This document shows, piece by piece, positions 18,447 to 25,631 of a stretch of DNA of 59,688 nt (positions are counted from its first letter, which is position 1; each line of letters starts with the position of its first letter). The stretch is from a virus (Duplodnaviria > Caudoviricetes): positions 1 through 59,688 of IMG/VR virus record IMGVR_UViG_3300036399_001256, one strand, 5' to 3'. Both the position numbers and the translations under genes were made by a program. Below the pieces are notes generated by a model, which ran no database searches, had not been told where the DNA came from, and was given only the letters and a program-made list of their open reading frames with translations.

Positions 18447-18460
18447 ACCGCTACTCCACC

Positions 18461-19681
18461 ATGCCCCGCCCTGCCCCGTCAACCACCACCGTGCGCGTCC
18501 GCTCGGTGTCGTTGAGCATCTACCCGCTCGCCGCCCGCCCCGGGTATTTCCAGTTTCAGTATCGCGACCTCGACGGGAAGACGAAGAAAATCACCCGCTC
18601 CAACCTCCCAGCGGCGAAGCAGGCGGCGAGTGATGTCGCCATCCGCATCCACAACGGGGCGGTCAGCATCGAGGATCTCACGCCCGACCAACTCCGCATC
18701 GTGCGGCGGCTCCTGGACGTCGATCCATCGCTGGCGGAGGTGGATGAGTTTCTCGCGTGGCGGCACCGTGCGCGGCCGGTGACGCCGACGGCGGATGTGA
18801 TCGCCGGATTCCTCGACGCAAAGCGCACAAGCGCCGGGAGGTCGCCACACAACCTCCGCACGCTGGAGCGCCACCTTGGGATTCTGGATGGGCTGGGGAA
18901 TCGCCCGCTATCCTCCCTCGTCGTCGGCGACATTGCCGCGCTCCTCGCCGGGAAATCACCGCGGACTCGCCGGAACACCCGGGCGTCGTGGGTGACGCTG
19001 TGGCGGTGGGCCCGTCGCAACGGGCATCTCCCGGATGATTCGACGATGACGGCACCGGAGCGCATCGAGCGCCCGTCGATAGATCGACCGATCCCCACCA
19101 CCTACGAGCCGGAGGAGTTGCGGGCCCTACTCCGCGAGGTTTCGCCGAAATACCTGCCATGGCTCGCACTGGCCGCGTTTGCGGGGATTCGCACGGAAGA
19201 GGTGTGCCCGGACCGGCACGGCACCAAATCGCCGTTGGATTGGGCGGATTTTCATTGGGACCGGAAGTTGATCATCATCCGGCCGGAAACCGCGAAGATG
19301 AAGCATCGGCGGGTCGTGCCGATTCTGCCGGCGCTCGAAGCATGGTTGTCACCGTTGCGGCAGGACTCCGGACCGGTCGGCCCCACGCTTCCCCCGCACC
19401 AGCCCGCCGCCGGGGGGCGGGAGTCTGAGACGACGCGACTCGGGGGATTCATCGGGGGGTGGAAGCGAAACGCTCTCCGGCACTCGTTCATTTCCTACCG
19501 GGCGGCGCTGGTGGGGCTGGCGCAGACGGCGATGGAGGCGGGGAACTCGGAGAGTGAATCGAGGAAAAGCTACAACGACGCCAAGGGGGCGGACGTGGCG
19601 GGGGAGTGGTTTGGGGTGTTTCCGCAAAGTTTCCGCGATTCTTCACCGCCTCGCGATCCGCCTCCATCCGTGGAACACTGA
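18461..19681 (+). CDS. int: Phage tyrosine integrase (not IntI)
   Basis: GIRTEE (R), ETAKMK (K), NALRHSFISY, GNS, RKSY (Y); N-terminal arm-binding region; no IntI-specific insertion. Confidence 0.92.
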   Translation: MPRPAPSTTTVRVRSVSLSIYPLAARPGYFQFQYRDLDGKTKKITRSNLPAAKQAASDVAIRIHNGAVSIEDLTPDQLRIVRRLLDVDPSLAEVDEFLAWRHRARPVTPTADVIAGFLDAKRTSAGRSPHNLRTLERHLGILDGLGNRPLSSLVVGDIAALLAGKSPRTRRNTRASWVTLWRWARRNGHLPDDSTMTAPERIERPSIDRPIPTTYEPEELRALLREVSPKYLPWLALAAFAGIRTEEVCPDRHGTKSPLDWADFHWDRKLIIIRPETAKMKHRRVVPILPALEAWLSPLRQDSGPVGPTLPPHQPAAGGRESETTRLGGFIGGWKRNALRHSFISYRAALVGLAQTAMEAGNSESESRKSYNDAKGADVAGEWFGVFPQSFRDSSPPRDPPPSVEH

Positions 19682-19811
19682 AAACCCTCGTTTTCAAGGA
19701 TTTCGGGTCGCAACGCCCCGCCATGATCCGCCCGATTCATGGTTCGAATCCCTCCCTGTCCGCTGTTGGTTGTAGGTGTTCCACGGCGTGTTTCCGTAAA
19801 GTTTCCGTGAT
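19616..19811 (+). other. attP: tRNA 3'-end core with flanking arm-type repeats
   Basis: Core GGTTCGAATCCCTCCCTGTCCGC (19741-19763); 24-bp direct repeats at 19616 and 19788; 11-bp inverted repeats at 19668 and 19776. Confidence 0.85.
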
Positions 19812-20071
19812 CAAGAGGCAATACCCACGTTCGGCGGAAGAATGGCATTCAGGACGGCGCGGACAGTTCGGATTTCCTGCGCGGTGAGTTCGCCGCAGCG
19901 GAGTCGCAGACCCTCGTCGGACTGTGAACGCCAGTCGATAACTCTGCGTTGGGTCTGCATGGACTCAGCCATCAAAGCCTCTCGGCAGTCGCAAGCGAAG
20001 TGGTGCGCCACGCAACGCCGAACAAAGCGGTCGAGGTCAACGGGCGGGGCGGTGTGTGTCGGAGTTTCCAT
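19811..20071 (-). CDS. Hypothetical cassette gene
   Basis: CVAHHFACDCRE and LRLRCGELTAQEIRTVRAVL motifs; starts in the loop of attC H. Confidence 0.7.
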   Translation of the reverse strand: METPTHTAPPVDLDRFVRRCVAHHFACDCREALMAESMQTQRRVIDWRSQSDEGLRLRCGELTAQEIRTVRAVLNAILPPNVGIAS

Positions 20072-20139
20072 GTAGTTAGAGAGTTTTGGGAGGTAGCGGA
20101 GTGGCGTTGTCCGCCCGTGCCTCACCTATTGCGTTCGGT
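20017..20139 (+). other. attC-like site H
   Basis: GCCGAAC-AAAGC-GGT[C]GAGG[T]C[A]ACGGGCGG ... CCGCCCGTGCCTCACC-TATTGC-GTTCGGT. Confidence 0.85.
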
Positions 20140-20435
20140 GGAGATAATTTAAGACCGCACCAAGGGCAGAATCCCATGGGTGGGAGGTCGCATCCGACTT
20201 TCCACGATCCATTCCATTCGCGGATCAATGCGCCATAACCTTCATTATCTGTGCAGGGTTGTTTCGCGTCGCGGAATGGGAGGCATTCGCAGCTTGGTTG
20301 TTTTTCAAGCCATCGCCCGCAGACGGATCGGTATTGGTTGCCATGCCATCCTTTTCGGTCATTCAGATACTTTATCAGGCTTGGTGCGCTCATATCTGAT
20401 GCTTTTTGCTTATTTGATGCTTTTAGGTCATTCAT
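20076..20435 (-). CDS. Cys-rich cassette protein
   Basis: FCPWCGLKL near the C-terminus; stops inside attC H. Confidence 0.65.
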   Translation of the reverse strand: MNDLKASNKQKASDMSAPSLIKYLNDRKGWHGNQYRSVCGRWLEKQPSCECLPFRDAKQPCTDNEGYGALIREWNGSWKVGCDLPPMGFCPWCGLKLSPPNAIGEARADNATPLPPKTL

Positions 20436-20674
20436 ACTCTACTCGATTTAGGGTGTCTTCCTGTTTTCCATTCTTCGCGCCCGACGATTCGATGATCGTG
20501 GACGCGGTGTTGATATTCTCCGCACTTGATACACACCTCTTCGCTTGGTGATCCAAATCCGTTTATTGCGGTTATTGACCAGTCGTGACGGCATTCGCGC
20601 AACCACCGAACAATAGCCTGCATGGAACGCCGAGGAAGCGTTCTGGCAGGGCGTAGTTTTAGGGCGGCGTCCAT
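20432..20674 (-). CDS. Small Zn-binding cassette protein
   Basis: CRHDW..CIKCG; start codon lies in the right arm of attC I. Confidence 0.65.
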   Translation of the reverse strand: MDAALKLRPARTLPRRSMQAIVRWLRECRHDWSITAINGFGSPSEEVCIKCGEYQHRVHDHRIVGREEWKTGRHPKSSRV

Positions 20675-20691
20675 GAGGCTAGGCGTTCAAA
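20605..20691 (+). other. attC-like site I
   Basis: ACCGAAC-AATAG-CCT[G]CATGG[A]ACGCC ... GGCGTCCATGAGG-CTAGGC-GTTCAAA. Confidence 0.85.
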
Positions 20692-21272
20692 TCCTCCCAC
20701 TCCTCAAACGGCACGAGCACCCCAGCCCGCACCATGATCCCCATCGCCTCAATCTCCTCACGGGAAAGCCCGCTGCGCTCCTCGGCGTTGATCAGCGTCA
20801 TGCAGTCGCCGGAATCAGCTTCCCACCAGTCGGGGCAGGCTGGAACGTCGTCAGTGGGGATGGATTGGGGGGCAGAAACCCACCCGGGCAACCCGACAAG
20901 CAGCGGTCCGTTGCCAGGGCCACCCTCGGGCAGCAGCGCCAGCCCAGCGGCTTCGAGGTCGGCGGTGGTGTGCTTCGAGGCTTTGACTGCATACTTCGCA
21001 CCCATCGCATTCGGCACTTTAGATTTTGGCCACGGCGTCCACCACGCTGGAGCCTTGTGCGGATCCAGTGTGAGCGGCTGGCGCTTTTTCTCGCGCTTCT
21101 TGGCTCGGTCGTAAATGCCGATGCGGCCGGTGGCGATTTCCTGAATAAGAATGCGCCACGATGGTTCGCCGGCGGTGATGCCGTGGCGCGAGACGCATTC
21201 GTAAAACGCGGACTGCTCTTGTAAGTAGGCGAGTTGGCTATCAGAGAGGCGGATGGAGTGGTTTCGGCTCAT
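20679..21272 (-). CDS. Hypothetical protein with an internal duplication
   Basis: Start set at MSRNHSIRLSD; two PxWW..A...S......E..G units. Confidence 0.65.
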   Translation of the reverse strand: MSRNHSIRLSDSQLAYLQEQSAFYECVSRHGITAGEPSWRILIQEIATGRIGIYDRAKKREKKRQPLTLDPHKAPAWWTPWPKSKVPNAMGAKYAVKASKHTTADLEAAGLALLPEGGPGNGPLLVGLPGWVSAPQSIPTDDVPACPDWWEADSGDCMTLINAEERSGLSREEIEAMGIMVRAGVLVPFEEWEDLNA

Positions 21273-21565
21273 AGGGTGAGGGTGGCGGTGGTTTCGTGAT
21301 AGGCCTTTTCGGTGGTTTCCTCGACCTCGCGGAAGCGATGCGGCGAGAATCCACATTCGCCCCACTCGGGCTTGTGTGGGGCCGGTGGGTTGACGAGTTC
21401 GACGAGCAGCACCGCGCACGTTTCATCGCCTCTCCATCCCTGTGCCGGGATGATGTCGCGAACGGTGTATGCGTCGCCCTTCCGGGGCAGCGCCTTCATG
21501 TAGCTCGTGACCGCCGGCGGGAAGCGGTCATCGACGCAGACGACGGTTTTTCCTGGTTCAAACAT
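21269..21565 (-). CDS. Conserved phage hypothetical (SH3-like)
   Basis: G..VVCVDD..YTVRDI..F...RFR pattern. Confidence 0.7.
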   Translation of the reverse strand: MFEPGKTVVCVDDRFPPAVTSYMKALPRKGDAYTVRDIIPAQGWRGDETCAVLLVELVNPPAPHKPEWGECGFSPHRFREVEETTEKAYHETTATLTL

Positions 21566-21761
21566 AGTGGATGATGAGTTTGCGGACTTTGGGGCGGTTT
21601 TTCAGGAGGCGTTCAGCCGCGGCTCTCGCTCGCTGAGGAAGCGTCGGGACTTGGCAGGCGAGCACCTCCCGGCAGTCGATCGGGAGCGGCATGCGCCGGT
21701 GAAAGCGGTCGGTCCAGTCGCTCGCGGCAATGGCTCCATAACGGTGGATTCGGGTGTTCAT
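21558..21761 (-). CDS. Small hypothetical protein
   Basis: Overlaps the downstream start; conserved box directly upstream. Confidence 0.5.
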   Translation of the reverse strand: MNTRIHRYGAIAASDWTDRFHRRMPLPIDCREVLACQVPTLPQRARAAAERLLKNRPKVRKLIIHYV

Positions 21762-21949
21762 GTTCACGTTTCGTCAGTGTTTGGATATGCGGAGAATTTC
21801 CAGCACGCATTCAACCCAGTGCTCTTGCGCTGGCGCGTTGATGCGCTCTTTCAGGTAGATCATCCACCCGGTCAGTCGGTGCTGTTGTTGCTCCTCCAGC
21901 GAATCGGCGGGGATGAGTTCGAGGATGCGGAGGAGGTCGGGGGTGGTGA

Positions 21950-22570
21950 TCACTCGGCCCTCCCTTCTAGGGTGGCGAGGGCCTTGGCGTTGCTGGCCCG
22001 AATTTCCTCAACCGACTCGCCGTTGAGAACGCGGCTCAGGATGTCGGTGATGTATTGGCTACTGGTTCCAGCAAAGTAGAATGCAGTTTGGTCGATGGCA
22101 TATCTGAATCGCTCGCAATCACTCGCCAGCGCGTCCCGTTGATTCATCGCCTCGGCAAGCTCGCGTTCAAGCTGCTCGTGAGAGTCCAAAACCTGTCCGA
22201 CCGGGATGTCGTCGGCATTGCACGCCTCGTGGCAATAATCGCGCATTGCATCCGTCCTCGGCGTCGGAATTTCACCCACCGTGGCAGTGCCGGCGGCGGG
22301 AATTGACTCACGTTTCGTCAACGCATCGGCAAGCTGGCGGGGCGTGAGTCCGGTTTCGTGGGTGACGTTGAAAGCCTCAATGATGAAGCGAGCGTTGGCG
22401 TGTTGCTCCGCGTTGAAATCTTCAACGGGTGCGTCGTCTTGCGGGAGTTTGCAGATCAGCGTGTGCCCTACCTTGATGCGGATGTCGAGGTATGGCTCAC
22501 AGTCGCCTTGATTGTCGAGACGGGCTTCGCCTTGGCTGATCCGTTGCGCGAGTGGTGGGGTGGTGCTCAT
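21950..22570 (-). CDS. Modular phage early hypothetical protein
   Basis: ANARFIIEAFNVTHETGLTPRQL and TPRTDA..LEREL modules. Confidence 0.7.
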   Translation of the reverse strand: MSTTPPLAQRISQGEARLDNQGDCEPYLDIRIKVGHTLICKLPQDDAPVEDFNAEQHANARFIIEAFNVTHETGLTPRQLADALTKRESIPAAGTATVGEIPTPRTDAMRDYCHEACNADDIPVGQVLDSHEQLERELAEAMNQRDALASDCERFRYAIDQTAFYFAGTSSQYITDILSRVLNGESVEEIRASNAKALATLEGRAE

Positions 22571-22797
22571 GGGGTGGGTGGGGTGGGGGCTCCATGTGAT
22601 TTGAGAATCTGGCGCGACTGGTCGATCAGCCGCGTCTTAGTTGCCAGATCGACGGACTCGCCGCATGCCCATTTCGGGCGATCTCCAAGGAGCCATTCAA
22701 GGCGCTCTGTGTGCGCTTCGATTTCCTCGGCTTTTGTTGGTGGGGGCATGGCGCTCATTGTCCTTCCTCCGTGTTCGGTGCATTGATCTGCTGGCAC
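22567..22797 (-). CDS. Small hypothetical protein
   Basis: Overlaps both neighbours; the true start is probably the downstream MSAMPP. Confidence 0.45.
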   Translation of the reverse strand: MPADQCTEHGGRTMSAMPPPTKAEEIEAHTERLEWLLGDRPKWACGESVDLATKTRLIDQSRQILKSHGAPTPPTP

Positions 22798-23189
22798 CAG
22801 TGCGTCACTCCGAGCAGCACCCGTTCAGCACGGGCGTGTCCGGCCAGTATCCATCCTGAGTCACCGCGTTTTTCGAGCACCTCGGAGCAGTGGTAGGCCA
22901 GCGTGGCATCATCCAGCGATTCCACCCATACAAGGACGGTGATTTCATCATCGGGCATCTTTTCGGTCACCGGGGTCCAGTGGCCAATCACTACTGCGGG
23001 CGCACGTTTCGTCAGTTCGACGGCGGGCTTCTGGAGGAGTTCGAGGCACGCATTCGCGTCGGACTTGGCGGCTTTTTTGGCGTTGCTCAGGCCAGCGCGG
23101 AACTCCACGGAATCCTTGTAGATGACCCATCTCCAAATTCTCGGGTTTGCAGAATAGCGGCTGACGGTGGTGGTGTATTCGGGTTGCAT
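22755..23189 (-). CDS. First gene of the second leftward arm; DUF551-like C-terminus
   Basis: WTPVTEKMPDDEITVLV..VTHW; conserved box 38 bp upstream. Confidence 0.7.
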   Translation of the reverse strand: MQPEYTTTVSRYSANPRIWRWVIYKDSVEFRAGLSNAKKAAKSDANACLELLQKPAVELTKRAPAVVIGHWTPVTEKMPDDEITVLVWVESLDDATLAYHCSEVLEKRGDSGWILAGHARAERVLLGVTHWCQQINAPNTEEGQ

Positions 23190-23212
23190 GACGCCCGACT
23201 TCTCGCCGAAAA

Positions 23213-23227
23213 CTGACGCAACGTCAA
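23213..23227 (-). promoter_or_regulatory. Conserved TGACG-N3-CGTCA box at the head of the leftward arm
   Basis: TTGACGTTGCGTCAG on the minus strand, 38 bp before ATG 23189; similar spacing at 2548, 25925, 30210 and 51106. Confidence 0.7.
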
Positions 23228-23729
23228 TAAAAATCCGTAGTCCCTATGGACTACGTTTTGAAGGCGTTTTTGTAGTCCCTTTGTATGTCCAGTGGGACTA
23301 CACTCGAATTTTTGTAACTCATTGATTCTCTTTCTCTCGCTCCCCCCTTACGCGCACCCACACCCCTTTGCACCCCTACGCCCCGCCCCCCACTCTCTTC
23401 AAGAGAGGTGGGGGGCGGGGCTTTAGGGTGCAAGGTGAGGGTGGGGGGTGGGTGTGTGTGTACGTAGGAAATAAAAAATGAATGGATGCAGATCGTGATC
23501 GAATTGCAAAATCCGCGTGCGGTTGTTTTGCGCGGAATTTGGGTTGTGCGGGGCGTTTGGGGGTCGGGATGGGTGTGGGTGAGGGACGGGGTAGGGTCGG
23601 GGCAGGAAGGGGCGCTTCCGTGCGAAAGACGGAAGGGCAAACGGTCGTTTGAAAAATTCGGGGGTTGACGGGACGTGAGGGGGAGGTTACCCCTCAATCA
23701 CATCCGGCGAAGTCCGTGCGTGCGAACAA

Positions 23730-24194
23730 ATGACCCAACCCCCAACCCCAACCCAGCAGGCGATCATGACCGGCGACGGGATTGAGATCGAGGATAAGCG
23801 CGGTGCCGTTCGTCGGCTCTCTGGCGACCGGCTGCGCCTCATGTCCGCCGATACCCTCGCTGCAATCGCCAACAAGTTCGGCGGCGAGACGATGGCTCAG
23901 ATGCTCTACGAGCTTTGCGGAGCCAAGTGCATCACCAAGGGCGGGCATGAGATCGCCGACAACCGGACCCGGCTCGCCGCTCTCACGCTGGCCATGGCCT
24001 ACCTCGTCGGCAGGCCGGTGGAGCGGTCGGAGGTGGTCACAGTCAACCTGGATGCTGACGCGACCTCCGGCTTGGCGGAGCGCCTGAAAAACTCCCCGGC
24101 CTTACGCGAGACGTTCCGGAGGATTTTGGATGCGGCGGAGGAGGGGGCACCGAGCCCGCCGCCATTGGAGGCTAAAACTGTATCAAAAGAATAA
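23730..24194 (+). CDS. Putative terminase small subunit
   Basis: First late-arm gene; DNRTRLAAL..AYLVGRPVER resembles TerS C-terminal motifs; largely positional. Confidence 0.5.
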   Translation: MTQPPTPTQQAIMTGDGIEIEDKRGAVRRLSGDRLRLMSADTLAAIANKFGGETMAQMLYELCGAKCITKGGHEIADNRTRLAALTLAMAYLVGRPVERSEVVTVNLDADATSGLAERLKNSPALRETFRRILDAAEEGAPSPPPLEAKTVSKE

Positions 24195-24324
24195 TCGTAT
24201 CAAATCAATCATCCAACCCTTGTTTTTCAGGGGTTTTTTGATGTGGAAACTGTATCACGAAAAAGAAGTGATTATTTTGTTGCGGCTAGGGGCCTGAAAT
24301 GCAATTTGTTTCCCGTCGCCAATC

Positions 24325-24624
24325 ATGGACACCATTATTCAAAGCTCAGAAATCAACCCGGACGGCACCAGCCACGTCTATGCCAGCGCTGGCAAGATCT
24401 CCGCCTATGTCGGCCAATACAAAGGCCGCCACGTCACGGTCTCTTGCCTCAACGCATCCAATCGGGCATGGCGTGGCATGGGCCGGACATTCCACGGCAA
24501 GGATGCCTTCGACCAGGCACTCGCCGCCTACAAGTCAGCCGAGATGAAGGCCATCATCGCCGCCGCCCGCGAGCATATCGCCCCGCGGCCAGAGAACGTC
24601 ATTCTCTTTCCCTTGTCAGCTTGA
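24325..24624 (+). CDS. Hypothetical protein upstream of the resolvase
   Basis: 99-aa ORF; NASNRAWRGMGRTF..AL.AYKS. Confidence 0.7.
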   Translation: MDTIIQSSEINPDGTSHVYASAGKISAYVGQYKGRHVTVSCLNASNRAWRGMGRTFHGKDAFDQALAAYKSAEMKAIIAAAREHIAPRPENVILFPLSA

Positions 24625-24635
24625 GCACCCCCAAA

Positions 24636-25265
24636 ATGAACACCCCCGTCGCCATTCTCGCCCGCGTCTCGACTCTCAAACAGGAATCAGACCGCCAAGT
24701 TCACGAACTCCAGGAGCACGCCACCGCCTGCGGCTGGAAGGTCGTTGAGATCGTTCGCCAGAAACTCAGCGGGGCGTCGAAAGAGCGCCCCGACGTGGAC
24801 CGCGTCATGACACTCGCCGAGACCGGAAAGATTCGGAAAGTCCTCGTCCACGAAATCTCCCGGCTGGGTCGCCGGCCTGCGCTCATTCATGCCGTGGTGG
24901 AGCGACTCACCGAGCTTGGCGTCTCGCTCTACTGGCACTCCCAGCGGATCGAAACCTTGCTTCCTGACGGCAGGCGCAACCCCGCCGCCGGGATCATGCT
25001 GGCGCTCATGTCCGAACTGGCCATGTCCGAGCGCGAAACGCTGATCGAGCGCATCAACTCGGGCATTGCAGCGGCGAAGCGTAAGGGCGTGACATTGGGG
25101 CGGCCAAAGGGTTCAACCACCGATCCCGGCGAAATGATGGCCAAGCACGCTGACATCGTGCGGCACCTCCGCGCTGGTCGCTCCATCCGCCACACCGCCA
25201 AGATCACAGGCAAGGCTGGAGGGACCGTAATGGCGGTCAAGCGTGCGATGGCTCACGGAACGTAA
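24636..25265 (+). CDS. Small serine recombinase (resolvase/invertase)
   Basis: ARVSTLKQ catalytic Ser, SGAS..RP, EISRLGR, ERETLIERINSG, GRP, C-terminal HTH. Confidence 0.92.
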   Translation: MNTPVAILARVSTLKQESDRQVHELQEHATACGWKVVEIVRQKLSGASKERPDVDRVMTLAETGKIRKVLVHEISRLGRRPALIHAVVERLTELGVSLYWHSQRIETLLPDGRRNPAAGIMLALMSELAMSERETLIERINSGIAAAKRKGVTLGRPKGSTTDPGEMMAKHADIVRHLRAGRSIRHTAKITGKAGGTVMAVKRAMAHGT

Positions 25266-25274
25266 ACTTTCCCC

Positions 25275-25303
25275 TTGCCATTTGTCGCCCGCCCTCGTAG
25301 TCA
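25275..25303 (+). promoter_or_regulatory. Candidate sigma70-type promoter for the RNA cluster
   Basis: TTGCCA-17 bp-TAGTCA, 17 bp before the first tRNA-like element. Confidence 0.4.
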
Positions 25304-25320
25304 ATCCCCCGCAACACAGC

Positions 25321-25395
25321 GTCGATTTAGCTCAAGGGTAGAGCACTTGCCAAGAGGGCTTGTGGTAGTCAGTTCGAGTCTGACAATCGGCTCCA
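25321..25395 (+). tRNA. tRNA-like gene with an aberrant anticodon arm (pseudo-tRNA, Gly-like features)
   Basis: 7-bp acceptor GTCGATT/AATCGGC, T73-CCA, D arm GCTC/GAGC, T arm GTCAG-TTCGAGT-CTGAC; anticodon stem has two T-T mismatches and lacks U33. Confidence 0.7.
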
Positions 25396-25479
25396 TTTTC
25401 AGCCATGTGCCGATGCGGCTAAGCCATGGGACAAACCAGCCGCTCCAATTTCAGCCGTATCCAATCGGCATCAAACCTT

Positions 25480-25526
25480 GGGCAATCCGGTTCAATTCCG
25501 GCTAGTCGTTTATTGGTAAGACGCCC
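25480..25526 (+). ncRNA. Circularly permuted tRNA-elbow-like motif
   Basis: GGGC-[CCGG TTCAATT CCGG]-CTAGTC-[GTTT ATTGGTA AGAC]-GCCC. Confidence 0.4.
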
Positions 25527-25631
25527 TCCGTTGACCCCGTCGCCCTCTATGCGGAATTGCTAACCGCCGAAACTGAGGATAAAGCGGCGGGCGATGCGCC
25601 AATTTTGCCACACCGGGAAGCCCCGGAAACA

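Larger units (their letters stand above)
19830..20685 (+). mobile_element. attC cassette array 3 (two cassettes: 19830-20133, 20134-20685)
   Basis: GTTCGGCG(19829)/CGCCGAAC(20016) and GTTCGGTGG(20133)/CCACCGAAC(20603). Confidence 0.82.

Noticed and set aside
18461-19681. Integrase as the integron integrase for the attC arrays
   Set aside because: It lacks the IntI-specific insertion before box II, has an arm-binding N-terminus and has its own tRNA-type attP.
19741-19763. tRNA gene
   Set aside because: Only the T loop and 3' acceptor strand are present; treated as the attP core.
22770-22785. Additional cassette boundary (GTTCGGT read as ..APNT..)
   Set aside because: No matching ACCGAAC or attC hairpin was found on either side.
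23251-23697. 148-aa minus-strand ORF in the G-rich region
   Set aside because: Low-complexity Pro/Thr/Gly translation of the G and C runs; more plausibly non-coding.
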